Shown: in pieces, positions 43,929 through 53,700 of the stretch
Numbering within the stretch: position 1 is the stretch's first letter
How the letters are laid out: each line of letters begins with the position of its first letter
IMG/VR virus record: IMGVR_UViG_3300027896_000011
Location: 103,998 to 167,997 of that record
DNA length: 64,000 nucleotides
Origin: a virus
Direction: 5' to 3' (one strand)
The notes under the pieces: generated by a model
Seen by the model: only the letters and a program-made list of their open reading frames with translations
What the model was told of the DNA's origin: nothing
The model's database searches: none
Made by a program: the position numbers and the translations under genes

Positions 43929-44309
43929 ATGGGCTTTAATATCTGCGGTATCTACGAGAAAAGGCCAGCTATGTGTAGGCATTACCCCCAACTTCTTGGT
44001 GAAGGACGTGTCTCTTACATGCCTGCAGGGTGTACCTATTGGTTTGATGGGGAAGGTAGGCGGCATGGAGAGTGCGATCCGTATTGTAGGGCGGCTTGTT
44101 GTCTTGTTGAAAGAGTTGGAGGAGAGCCGGAAGGTGAGAGGTTAGATGGAGCTGCTGGAGGATTGCCCTGTAAACATCTAGTCTGGTCAGATACGCATCC
44201 AAGTTTACGAACAGATACCGTTGATGTAGAAGATAAAGAGGAAGTTGGGGAAGGTCCTAGTGCCCTCCAACAAATACTTCCTCAGGTAAGTAATAAAGAT
44301 AGTGATTGA
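43929..44309 (+). CDS. YkgJ-like Cys-cluster protein
   Basis: CGIYEKRP.MCRHYP; CRAACC. Confidence 0.65.
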   Translation: MGFNICGIYEKRPAMCRHYPQLLGEGRVSYMPAGCTYWFDGEGRRHGECDPYCRAACCLVERVGGEPEGERLDGAAGGLPCKHLVWSDTHPSLRTDTVDVEDKEEVGEGPSALQQILPQVSNKDSD

Positions 44310-44342
44310 GTTAGTTTTAATACATTTTGGAGGAACTTGTGA

Positions 44343-44555
44343 ATGATGAACGTAACTTTGGAAGTGATAAACCAATACACTCAAACACTGGGGACAGTAT
44401 TCCCTGTGTGGAGTGCAATGAGGAACATGTCCGATGCAACAGCGATGACGGTGAACGGAGTGATGACGGAGGTAGTGCAAGGTCTTTCGAGGGAGGTGAA
44501 ATTGTTGCGCTTCCTACGAGAAGAACAAAATCCGGCATATCAAGATCACACGTAA
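44343..44555 (+). CDS. hypothetical protein
   Basis: RBS GGAGG upstream. Confidence 0.45.
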   Translation: MMNVTLEVINQYTQTLGTVFPVWSAMRNMSDATAMTVNGVMTEVVQGLSREVKLLRFLREEQNPAYQDHT

Positions 44556-44810
44556 CCCTTGAACTACAAGAACATATCAAAGACTTGGTAGCCTTTAAAG
44601 GGGCATACCATCAAATACACAGCCGGGTGTTAGAAGTACAAGACGCCGGAAGATTAATGAAGTTAGTAAACTGGTCAGGTACTGCAGCAGTAATGGGTTC
44701 TCTTGAGCTGACTATACACGCTATAGAGAGAACAGTAGATGAACTTAAAGACCTGCTGAAGAGAATTGATGCAGGAGCAATTATTGATAGTGACCTTACC
44801 GGAGGGTAAA

Positions 44811-45305
44811 ATGGCTACGGCTGATAACACTGCTGATAAACTAGTAGGAGTCATAGAGGAAAGTGGCATTGTTACTGTTCTCCGCAATACAGAAGCTTCA
44901 GGTTCCCTTCGTTTACTCTGCCGGGTAAGTGATAAGAAGAGATGGTGTGCTGTATTAGAATATGTTCTGGCTAAAAAAGAAGGATGGACTGAACATATTT
45001 GTCAGCAGTACTTTATGAAGGAAGATCAACTAGTGTACGGTTGGAATCTTATATTAACTTCTGAAGACTTGCCTGCCGCGTATAGTAATGCGTGTAAGTT
45101 ATTTAAAGCCGCAGTTAATGCTGTACAGGCTGGCATAGGTAGAACTAAAAAAGAAAAAGGACGTAAGGAACCAGTAGATAGCATGCCGCTAATAGGAGCA
45201 TCTCCTAGAAGAACCATGCAACTATCTTTTGATCCGAGATTGCCAGGTCCTAGTAAAGGTGGACCTAGTCATAAAGGCGCATTTTCTATTGGAGGAGGCG
45301 GTTAA
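44811..45305 (+). CDS. hypothetical protein
   Basis: RBS GGAGG; ATG at 44811. Confidence 0.65.
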   Translation: MATADNTADKLVGVIEESGIVTVLRNTEASGSLRLLCRVSDKKRWCAVLEYVLAKKEGWTEHICQQYFMKEDQLVYGWNLILTSEDLPAAYSNACKLFKAAVNAVQAGIGRTKKEKGRKEPVDSMPLIGASPRRTMQLSFDPRLPGPSKGGPSHKGAFSIGGGG

Positions 45306-45997
45306 TGCCTTTTCATGGACCGGAGGCTAGCGCTCTATTACGAGAGAGATTAGGTGATCAAGACCTAGGTAAACTTAATGAAAGAGAAGAAGGCGTCATC
45401 AAAGAGAAGATGGCTGCCGTAGATAAGTTCTTCCAATCTAAGATTAGCGCTAGATATAAGCTTGAAATACAGTTCCACGAAAAAAGATCATATAGAGACC
45501 CTTTCATGGGTATCATGTACTTCATGTCTAATGGAGACAAGTTCCATGGCGGTGGGGACAGTAAAGTATATCTTTGTGACGTAGATACTTGTCGGGGTGT
45601 AGTAGTTCCTACAGAGCATTCAGTAGTAGACCTTAATGAGGACCCGGAGCAAAATAAAGCACTTAAAGTAGTGTGTCCTAAGTGCAATAAGATATCATTT
45701 GCTCAAGATCTTTTGGGAGAGCGACTACTTAGATTGAATGTAAATGATTGGGCAACTGCTATTCTTAATAACTTTCGTTATTTGGGAAGTAATGCTGATG
45801 TCCGCTTGATTTTCCACCATTCTGATTTACAACAGCATACTGCTCTAGAAATGGAGAAAGGTGCAGGTGGGGATATAATCAATAAGGCAAGGCGGAATAG
45901 AACTAAAGCGATATACCCCTTAAAAAATATTATCCAAGATACGGCACATGGCGCTGATTTATATGGGCGTTTTCTAGCATTTCTAAAAGGGAGCTAA
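45305..45997 (+). CDS. hypothetical protein
   Basis: 230-aa coupled ORF with Cys pairs. Confidence 0.7.
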   Translation: MPFHGPEASALLRERLGDQDLGKLNEREEGVIKEKMAAVDKFFQSKISARYKLEIQFHEKRSYRDPFMGIMYFMSNGDKFHGGGDSKVYLCDVDTCRGVVVPTEHSVVDLNEDPEQNKALKVVCPKCNKISFAQDLLGERLLRLNVNDWATAILNNFRYLGSNADVRLIFHHSDLQQHTALEMEKGAGGDIINKARRNRTKAIYPLKNIIQDTAHGADLYGRFLAFLKGS

Positions 45998-46182
45998 TAC
46001 AACCGTGTCGTCGAATCCATTCACCAACGACCCTCGCTGTACGTTCCTCTGGCTGGGGTTTCAACCCTGCATCTCCCAGTCGGAGCTCTCTGTTTTACCA
46101 GGTGATCTGAGTGACTTCGTTCGTCCACAGCTGAACAAATAGCTTATACCAGTGATTCTTCATTTTTTGCACAGAGGGTATT

Positions 46183-46542
46183 ATGTCTGAACGTACTTTT
46201 GCAGATCAATTAAAAGAACGCAATGTGTATTTACATGAACTTGCTGTATGGAAAGAACTAGATGAGCATTTATCTAAATTTATGGATAGTGACGCAAATC
46301 CTACTAAACTGGGTATCCGGTCTAAAGGGGATACTCTTGTAGTACCACAATCAATAGTTGGCGGAGTTAGAGCAAGACTGAGTGTAAAAATAGCTGAGGT
46401 AGAGAGATTAATTCAAACCATTGATGGGACAAGGATTGTAGCCGATGAGAAACAAACAGCTGAGGAATCAAAAGAAGCTAAAGAGAAGGGAACACCGAAT
46501 GGGAAAGCGCCAAGACGTAAAGGAGACGCAAATGGGAACTGA
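46183..46542 (+). CDS. hypothetical protein
   Basis: RBS GAGG. Confidence 0.6.
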   Translation: MSERTFADQLKERNVYLHELAVWKELDEHLSKFMDSDANPTKLGIRSKGDTLVVPQSIVGGVRARLSVKIAEVERLIQTIDGTRIVADEKQTAEESKEAKEKGTPNGKAPRRKGDANGN

Positions 46543-47173
46543 TGATGGAGATATGAATAGTTTAAGATTAGCCATATCTCAGTTATATCAGAACCAAATA
46601 GTTATGAAGGAGGGGCTTGACGCTGCTGAGGTTAATCTACGTGCTTTTCAAAAAGTACTTAATGATATTGTAAGCGGTAAACCGAATCGTATTGTTACGA
46701 CGCTTAATGGAGAGCAGGTATATCAGATTAATTGGGAAGAGTATTATAAACTTGTAGACGCTGAAATGGCTGCAATGGCTGCTGCTGTAAAAGAAGCAGA
46801 AGATACTAAGATCAAGACTATTGTAGAAGAGCTCGCTGATGGTACTAAAGTCACTTGGCTAAAAGAAAGAATCACAAATCATATTGCCGGAGAGCAAGTA
46901 GATGCGACTACTATGGCTATTCGTATGCAGAACACTCAAAAGTTTTTTGAAGTGTTAGAAACTGAATTAGATAATGCCAAGCAAGGTAAATCTTTTAGTG
47001 CAGAAAAAATAGCACAGCTCTATCATTTAATTTCCGCCGAAGAAAAGAGAGCAGAAGCGGAGAAACAAGCAACTGAAGATGGAGTAGCTCCTAGTAGTAT
47101 TGGTCATCTTGCAGAAGAACCTGTAGAGAACACAGAAGTAGTGTTCGGTGGAGAACCAAATAATGCCGGTTAA
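46499..47173 (+). CDS. coiled-coil hypothetical protein
   Basis: Long ORF; start uncertain. Confidence 0.6.
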   Translation: MGKRQDVKETQMGTDDGDMNSLRLAISQLYQNQIVMKEGLDAAEVNLRAFQKVLNDIVSGKPNRIVTTLNGEQVYQINWEEYYKLVDAEMAAMAAAVKEAEDTKIKTIVEELADGTKVTWLKERITNHIAGEQVDATTMAIRMQNTQKFFEVLETELDNAKQGKSFSAEKIAQLYHLISAEEKRAEAEKQATEDGVAPSSIGHLAEEPVENTEVVFGGEPNNAG

Positions 47174-47333
47174 ATCAAAGACACCAGTAGTTATTTCTTA
47201 TACAGGACATCCTGCTGCATTCAAAAAGATCAGATGCCCACACTGCCAAGGCTACGCATCTGCAGGACCCCACAACGACAACATTTTTAAATGCGGCCGT
47301 TGTGGGAAGTCCTTCAAGAATACAAAGTTTTAA
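47163..47333 (+). CDS. Zn-ribbon small protein
   Basis: CPHC/CGRC. Confidence 0.55.
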   Translation: MPVKSKTPVVISYTGHPAAFKKIRCPHCQGYASAGPHNDNIFKCGRCGKSFKNTKF

Positions 47334-47341
47334 CGCATCTA

Positions 47342-47370
47342 GTAGATTTCGGCACGGTGCCGAAATCTAC
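47342..47370. terminator. bidirectional terminator
   Basis: gtagatttcggcac-g-gtgccgaaatctac between convergent genes. Confidence 0.75.
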
Positions 47371-47384
47371 CGATTGCGTCATAT

Positions 47385-48728
47385 TTAGAGCTCTGGGTTG
47401 ATGCATTCATCTACAGATTTATCTTGTCGTAGGCCTTTATATCGTGGGAGTTGAAGAGCGTTAGTATCATCTCCAGCGCTAGTATAGAAGCGTTCTTCAT
47501 ATTCTATCTGAACACATTGAGGCCATTTCCAAGTCATCATTGATTCTCGATCAAGGTCTGTTAGCCCTGTACCGACTTCACTGATGTATACTTCTTCTCC
47601 AGCTTCATTGAGTTGATAGAGAGATAGAGTTCCTACTCTCCCTCTATTTTTGCCGGAACCAAAAGAACCCATTGGACGTTCTTTAGTGCTCTCAATGGGA
47701 GAGAAGTAAGCAATGAAGTCATCTTCTTGTGTTGGCTTCAGTTTGAAACAAGAGGCTGGCCTGTCTGGTTTTCCATTGAAGCTGTAACTCTTATCTCCAA
47801 TAATAGCATCTTTATCATAAACTACCCAGCCTTCCCAACCATTAGCTACTGCTGATATTTTGGCTTCTTCTATTGTTCTGAATTGTTGTATTTCTGCACA
47901 ACTGAGGAATTTTCCATTAAGTTTTTGACTATGACGACGATGTTTGAACATATCTGTGAATGTATTCTGCATTGCCCATAGATTATCTTCGTTTGTATTA
48001 ATTGCTTCAAGATGTATTCCATTCATAATGGGAACTCTGAATAGGTAGAACTTTACCCAACCTAATTTGTTCTGCCTTTCTATTGCTTTTGCATTATGGG
48101 CGTTCATTATGGTCTGCAAGAGTTTCATATCTCGTTTAGTATTGCCTTCACCCATATACGCTTCAAAAAGCATTATAGTTTTGCGGGGTATTGGTAGTTC
48201 TGTAATAGCCAGTACAAGGTGCCCGAATTTTTCAGAAACTGAATCCATTCTGCGGGTATATATATTGACATATCCATCCGCGTCTTTATGGGCAATTACG
48301 CACATGCCATTCACTTTGCGGGTATAGAGAAGACGACCGTCTCTATCCAGCTTATTCATTGCCTTATCGCTAATGGTGTTGTTCGGTTTACTGAATGCTA
48401 GATTTTTGGGTAGGCTTTTATTGTGGTCGATTTCACAAATAGTATCTTCCATTAGTGTTTTTCCACTGAGACCTATTTCTACATAACCCTCTTCTGTTTT
48501 CTTTCTAATGGCCCGGTCAAAGATAAATTGAGCATTGTCTTCAGCGGAGACAAAAGTTTTAGTATTTACTTTTCCTTTAGGTTCAATAGCATCAGTAACT
48601 GTGCCGTGTTGTATATGAGTGCCTTCGGCATTAAGGGCACCCCAGATAGTTGTAACTTTATTTTTCTTTACATCGATGATCCAATAACGTTCTTGCCCTC
48701 GTGTTTCTCGTTGACGAAATTCTCTCAT
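47385..48728 (-). CDS. ATP-dependent DNA ligase with a WGR-like N-terminus
   Basis: KVNG motif I; EGWVVY motif IV; FKLKP motif V; OB fold VGTG...PRYKGLR.DK. Confidence 0.85.
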   Translation of the reverse strand: MREFRQRETRGQERYWIIDVKKNKVTTIWGALNAEGTHIQHGTVTDAIEPKGKVNTKTFVSAEDNAQFIFDRAIRKKTEEGYVEIGLSGKTLMEDTICEIDHNKSLPKNLAFSKPNNTISDKAMNKLDRDGRLLYTRKVNGMCVIAHKDADGYVNIYTRRMDSVSEKFGHLVLAITELPIPRKTIMLFEAYMGEGNTKRDMKLLQTIMNAHNAKAIERQNKLGWVKFYLFRVPIMNGIHLEAINTNEDNLWAMQNTFTDMFKHRRHSQKLNGKFLSCAEIQQFRTIEEAKISAVANGWEGWVVYDKDAIIGDKSYSFNGKPDRPASCFKLKPTQEDDFIAYFSPIESTKERPMGSFGSGKNRGRVGTLSLYQLNEAGEEVYISEVGTGLTDLDRESMMTWKWPQCVQIEYEERFYTSAGDDTNALQLPRYKGLRQDKSVDECINPEL

Positions 48729-48876
48729 ACATTTGCCTTTCAAATAAGAGTGGGTAATCAGATTACTTATACCCGGAGAAGAAGGAATATTGCAGTGAGG
48801 TTATGGGCTAAAAAAGAAGCCACCAACCTTGTGGGTTAGTGACTTCTTTAATAAAGTCAGTGATCTCTTCAATAAT

Positions 48877-49977
48877 CTATGGGCAGATCCATTGGACCCC
48901 GTTGTCATACGAATTGGATGGATATACTAATGATACCTTGCAGCTTGGTGTTATCACCGTGCAGGTAGCTTTCATTTTTACTATATCGTTTATCCAATCC
49001 AGATTTCCTTGTAGAGTGTTTATTGCACAATACACAGGGTTGCCTGCTCTGTCATGGGACGCACAATCTAGACTTTGTTCCCATTGCCAGTAACCGTCCC
49101 CTGTTTTAACGTATACTGGTGGACGTGCACAGCACGGTTGCCCTACATTACCGCAAGCTACAACAGTATCCGTAGAGGATACTGTGTCTGGCGGAGAAGC
49201 ATCAGGAGAAGATATACGTCCACCAGTACCTATCATTCCTCCTGTCTCAATATTACCCCCGGTACCTGCAAATCCACCCGTACCTGCAAATCCACCCGTA
49301 CCTGTTGCTCCTCCGACACCAATGGGCAGGTCTTGTATGATTTCCCCTGTGCTACTACAATGGCAACTACACGTATTGCCCATAACAAGGCAATTGCTAC
49401 AGAGTAAGGTGTCTCCCGGATAGTAGAATTTACCGCCGTAGAGGCACCACACTGCCGGAGTGGTGCTTCCACCAACCCCAATAGCTCCTCCGGTGCCTGG
49501 GGTACCCCCTGTACCAGATAGATTGATAGTACCACCCATACCTATGGTTCCACCTGTACCTGTAGATCCACCAGTACCTATGAACTCGAACCCACCCGTA
49601 CCCATTGTTCCTTCGATGCCTGGGTTACCCCCAGTACCAGAGGGATTGATGTTGCCACCTGTACCTGGGGTTCCACCAACCCCAATAGCTCCTCCTGTAC
49701 CTGTGGTACCGCCAGTACCTGGTGTTCCCCCCGTACCTGGTGTACCACCTGTACCTGGTGATTCTACTGTTCCACCAGTACCCATTACATCTACCATACC
49801 TGTGGTTGAGGTTACTGTTGTAATGCCACCAGTGCCGTTACTGATAATTACTCCGGCTGTACCTCTAGTATCAGGGGTATTTCTTACGCTGTTTATTCCA
49901 CCGTCATTGGTGGAGTGAAATCCGGCCGTATCCATCGTACAGCCTGCTAGCATGATCAGACCGATTAGGTGTTTCAT
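48877..49977 (-). CDS. Gly/Thr-rich (GTGG repeat) lipoprotein
   Basis: Lipobox LAGC; GTGG repeats; Cys-rich modules. Confidence 0.8.
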   Translation of the reverse strand: MKHLIGLIMLAGCTMDTAGFHSTNDGGINSVRNTPDTRGTAGVIISNGTGGITTVTSTTGMVDVMGTGGTVESPGTGGTPGTGGTPGTGGTTGTGGAIGVGGTPGTGGNINPSGTGGNPGIEGTMGTGGFEFIGTGGSTGTGGTIGMGGTINLSGTGGTPGTGGAIGVGGSTTPAVWCLYGGKFYYPGDTLLCSNCLVMGNTCSCHCSSTGEIIQDLPIGVGGATGTGGFAGTGGFAGTGGNIETGGMIGTGGRISSPDASPPDTVSSTDTVVACGNVGQPCCARPPVYVKTGDGYWQWEQSLDCASHDRAGNPVYCAINTLQGNLDWINDIVKMKATCTVITPSCKVSLVYPSNSYDNGVQWICP

Positions 49978-50064
49978 GGTGTTCTCCTTATTATTCTTAT
50001 ACCTTTTTAGCAGGCAGTATTTTCACCTATTGCGCTATTTGTATAAATAGTTCATTATCAGCTT

Positions 50065-50313
50065 ATGACAGCACAACAGGCCATTTATATCTCTCTGGCA
50101 AAACCCCAAGGTAAAGAGTATTCTGAGTGCAATATTAATGAGCGTATAGCTGCAATGGCTTCTGAGCTCGAAGAATTTAATAAGTACATGCGCAATTTAC
50201 CACCGGAGAAGGGTGGAGGAGCGCTGGCTCCATTAGAGATGACTCTTATTAGAACGTATCTTGCGTGGAAGCTGAGTAATGTCACGCAGACAGCTAACAG
50301 TATTAAGGATTGA
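50065..50313 (+). CDS. hypothetical protein
   Basis: ORF. Confidence 0.55.
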   Translation: MTAQQAIYISLAKPQGKEYSECNINERIAAMASELEEFNKYMRNLPPEKGGGALAPLEMTLIRTYLAWKLSNVTQTANSIKD

Positions 50314-50323
50314 AGGTGGACAA

Positions 50324-50629
50324 ATGGGTCGAAAAGTAGTTGTAGAAATCAAATGTGATCGATGTGCTCGTACAGAACATTTACCCGCTAATGGTTCTCA
50401 AGTACAAGGGGAAGAGCCTATATTCGAAGGTAGTTTTCAGGGGGTAGCGGTAGAGTTTAAAGATCTGTGTACTTCGTGCAAAGAGATCGTAGCAATGCGG
50501 TGGAATGAAATAGCTAAATCACTACTTAAAGCTTCTCCGCAAAGAAATAGATTAGATAAGTTGGCTAAAATAGAAGCAGCAAAACCTACAGCAAAATTGA
50601 GTCCGCACGGTACCTCCCCGAAGTCCTGA
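50324..50629 (+). CDS. Zn-finger hypothetical protein
   Basis: CDRC...DLCTSC. Confidence 0.6.
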   Translation: MGRKVVVEIKCDRCARTEHLPANGSQVQGEEPIFEGSFQGVAVEFKDLCTSCKEIVAMRWNEIAKSLLKASPQRNRLDKLAKIEAAKPTAKLSPHGTSPKS

Positions 50630-50757
50630 CTCACTTAGCTCTCTCGAGCAGTGGCTCTCACCAAGGGCTGCGTTCCCATGCTCTTCAGGCGTCCCTGTAG
50701 AACAAAGTACTTATACCTTAGCTTCTAGATGTTTTTCGCCATAGGATGGTCTAGAGA

Positions 50758-53700
50758 ATGCCAGTATATAGTGGCCAGACAAGTGGAATGATATCCCAGC
50801 AGAATCAAATGTTTGCTGGGTATGGTTCGTATGCTGGAACATTCTCCCCTGGAGCACCTCCAGGAATGATGAATTACGGGGAACCTAATAGCCAGCAAGG
50901 TCCATATGGTGGGGCATATCCTACATTCCCTACCGCTCAATATGAAGCAGGACAGCATGTATTAGGCGGTATACATGCCGCGTTACCTACTGCTATTGGT
51001 GCTGCTACTTTTGCTGGTGCCTTTCTACCCGGATTTGTTGGAACATCAATAGGTAGATTAGACCCCTTCCAGGCAGCATTAAGTGGGTTTGGCAGAGCTT
51101 CTGGGGTATCCAGGGGTATTGCTGGTATGGGCGTAATGGACTCCATAGGCACTATGGGGGCTAATATAGGGCGTATTGGAGCTGGTGGCGTAGGTAATGT
51201 GTTCCGGGCAGGATTAACAGGAATTGGTGGAGCTGCAGCTGCTTCTTTTTTGCCATTAGCTGGTTTAGCTGCAGTTCAACATGCTACAGGGCAAATGGCT
51301 GAAGGGGCTCAGTTTACTGGGCAGGTACAACGGACTCTTGGGCAGAACTTCCGTTTCTTGAACCCACAATCTCAGACGGGTTATGGATTTAGTAGAGAGC
51401 AGGGGGCTGAGATAGCGGATACTATCCGGACAATGGGGAATAAAGACATAATGTCCTCTCCTCAAGAGATGCTCCGGATAATGAATCAAAGCATTCAGGG
51501 AGGTCTATTCAGGCCGGTACAGGATGCAAAGGCTTTTCAGGAGAAGTTTAAAGAGGTAGTTGCGGCGGTAAAAGAGATAGCAAAGACGTTCAATACTACG
51601 CTCGAGGGGGCTATGCCTTTCTTACAAGAGGGCAGGCGTATGGGGTTCTGGACACCTGCGGATATACAGAGGATGGCAGGGTCTACATTAGGTACTGCCA
51701 AGATTACTGGTTTATCGGTAGCTCAAGTGCAACAGATGCAGCAGCAGGGTGCAGATATGGCTCGTCAGGTAGGGGCTGTAGGGGCTACTGGAGCTAGAGG
51801 GATGACGGGTAGTTTAGGTTTAGTGGGTGGGGCTATTAGAGGTGGGGTTTTGTCTGAGCAAGCACTGTCGGATATGACTGGTGGGTTAACTGGCAGTGAT
51901 GCAATACAGGCATTTGCTGGACAGTTGCAGGCATCAGCGACTAGGTTTTCTGCTTCTGGTACTGGTCGTTGGTTATTGGCTGGATTAGCCGGAAAGGATA
52001 TGAGGCATTTAGATAAGGGAAAGCTTGCTATGTTGGCGTCGGGGCAGATAAGTGCTGGAGATCTTAGAGGTATGGCAGAGAAAAATGTTCAGGGGCGTGG
52101 TGCTGCTTTCCGGATGGGAGAGGAGGAGATGCGTGGTGATTTGTTAGAGATGGGGTTTGAAGGTCAGGCCGGATTTTTAAAGGGATTAGTAGGTGATCGT
52201 CTTTATGGTAAATCTGATATGGATAAGTACGTTACACGTAGGCTTATTCAGCGGTTTACAGGTGGGACATCTAAAGAAGCTGATGCTAAAGCTGAGATGC
52301 TCAGAAATATGGAGCAAACTCTACGGGAGAATAAACAAAATAGTGAGGCTCTTTTTGATCAAAAGGCACGAGATCAAAAAGAATTGATGGATCATTCATA
52401 TGAGGGTCTTAAACGTAAAGTAACTTTGTGGTGGAAGAGTAATATAGATGATCCGTTACAGGAAGTTGGATCTAAGCTTTCTGAGGATATAGGGGATACT
52501 GTAGAGAGTTTTTCAGATAAGTTTTGGGGAAGGTCTCCTAGAGCATTGCGGAATATGGGAATAACCAGTGGTATGGCTAGAGCTATGCGTGCTGGAGCGT
52601 TTGGAGATTTAAAGACAGAACGTAACACATTTGCTTCTAAACAGGAGATGATTGATTTATTTGGTAAACCTCAGTCAGGGGCAGTTCAAGAACGACTTTT
52701 AAGTACTCCTGGGGGGAGAGATAGTGCTAAAGGGTATGCTTTGTTAGATGCAACTTCTGGGTCTTTGAGTGCTGAAAGAGCTAAGGCTCTTGGATACAGT
52801 AGTCAGGATGCTGCCAGTAAAGGATTAGCGACAATATCTGAAGCATGGGGAACTCCCGGTATAATAGATGCACTTGAGGCATCGAAGAGTGAAAGTGCAT
52901 TTTCCAGGGGGGGTGACGTAGTTGCAGCTATGTCGGCTAGTAAGTATGTGTCCGCAGAAGCAAAAAAACAATTTTTAGGTATTACTGCTGCACAGCAGGA
53001 AGCACGTGTAATTGCCTCTGCATCTTTAAATATCAGAAAGAGAGGTAGATTACAAACTTCAGAAGAAGCTGAAAGAGTACGTAAGTCAGTAGGGTTAGGT
53101 TCTGGGCAGGATGATAATACTACGGAACAAAAAATTAATGAGCGTTGGGATACTGCTTTAAATAAGTTAGGGGGCGATTATGTAACTCAAAGCCCAGAAG
53201 AGAGGGGATATGGGTTAAAAGGAATTATTTGGGGTCTAAAAGGAAATGTTCGAGGTGTTTTTGAACAGCTTAATGATTTCGGTTTTGGTAATAATACATT
53301 AGGTAACGATGTATTATTAGGTTCATTTGTTAGAGCTGGAACGAAGGTGGGAACATCTAATCCAAAAGCCGACGTTCATAAGCTTATGACTAGCGAGGAT
53401 GGAGAGCAGTTTAAGGGAATATTAGGGAAATTGGGTAGGGGTGATGTTGAGGAAGCCAGTGTAGAAGCTGCTAAGTTAGCTAGTAAATATTATGGTAAAG
53501 AGGGAGAGGAAGGTAAACATAAGATATTAAATGACATAGCTCATAAGGAAAATATTGAGGCGTATACTGAGTTAGGTAAAATGCAACAAGCTAGGAGTAC
53601 GTTGCAGAGAGATGATACTTTTCAAAAAAGATTGGGACAAGTTAAGTCAAGTTTAGAGAGTCATGGAGATCTTGCGGGGGTAATGGAGGGTCTTACAGGT

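Noticed and set aside
49075-49918. Plus-strand Pro/Val-rich ORFs
   Set aside because: These are antisense shadows of the GTGG-repeat lipoprotein.
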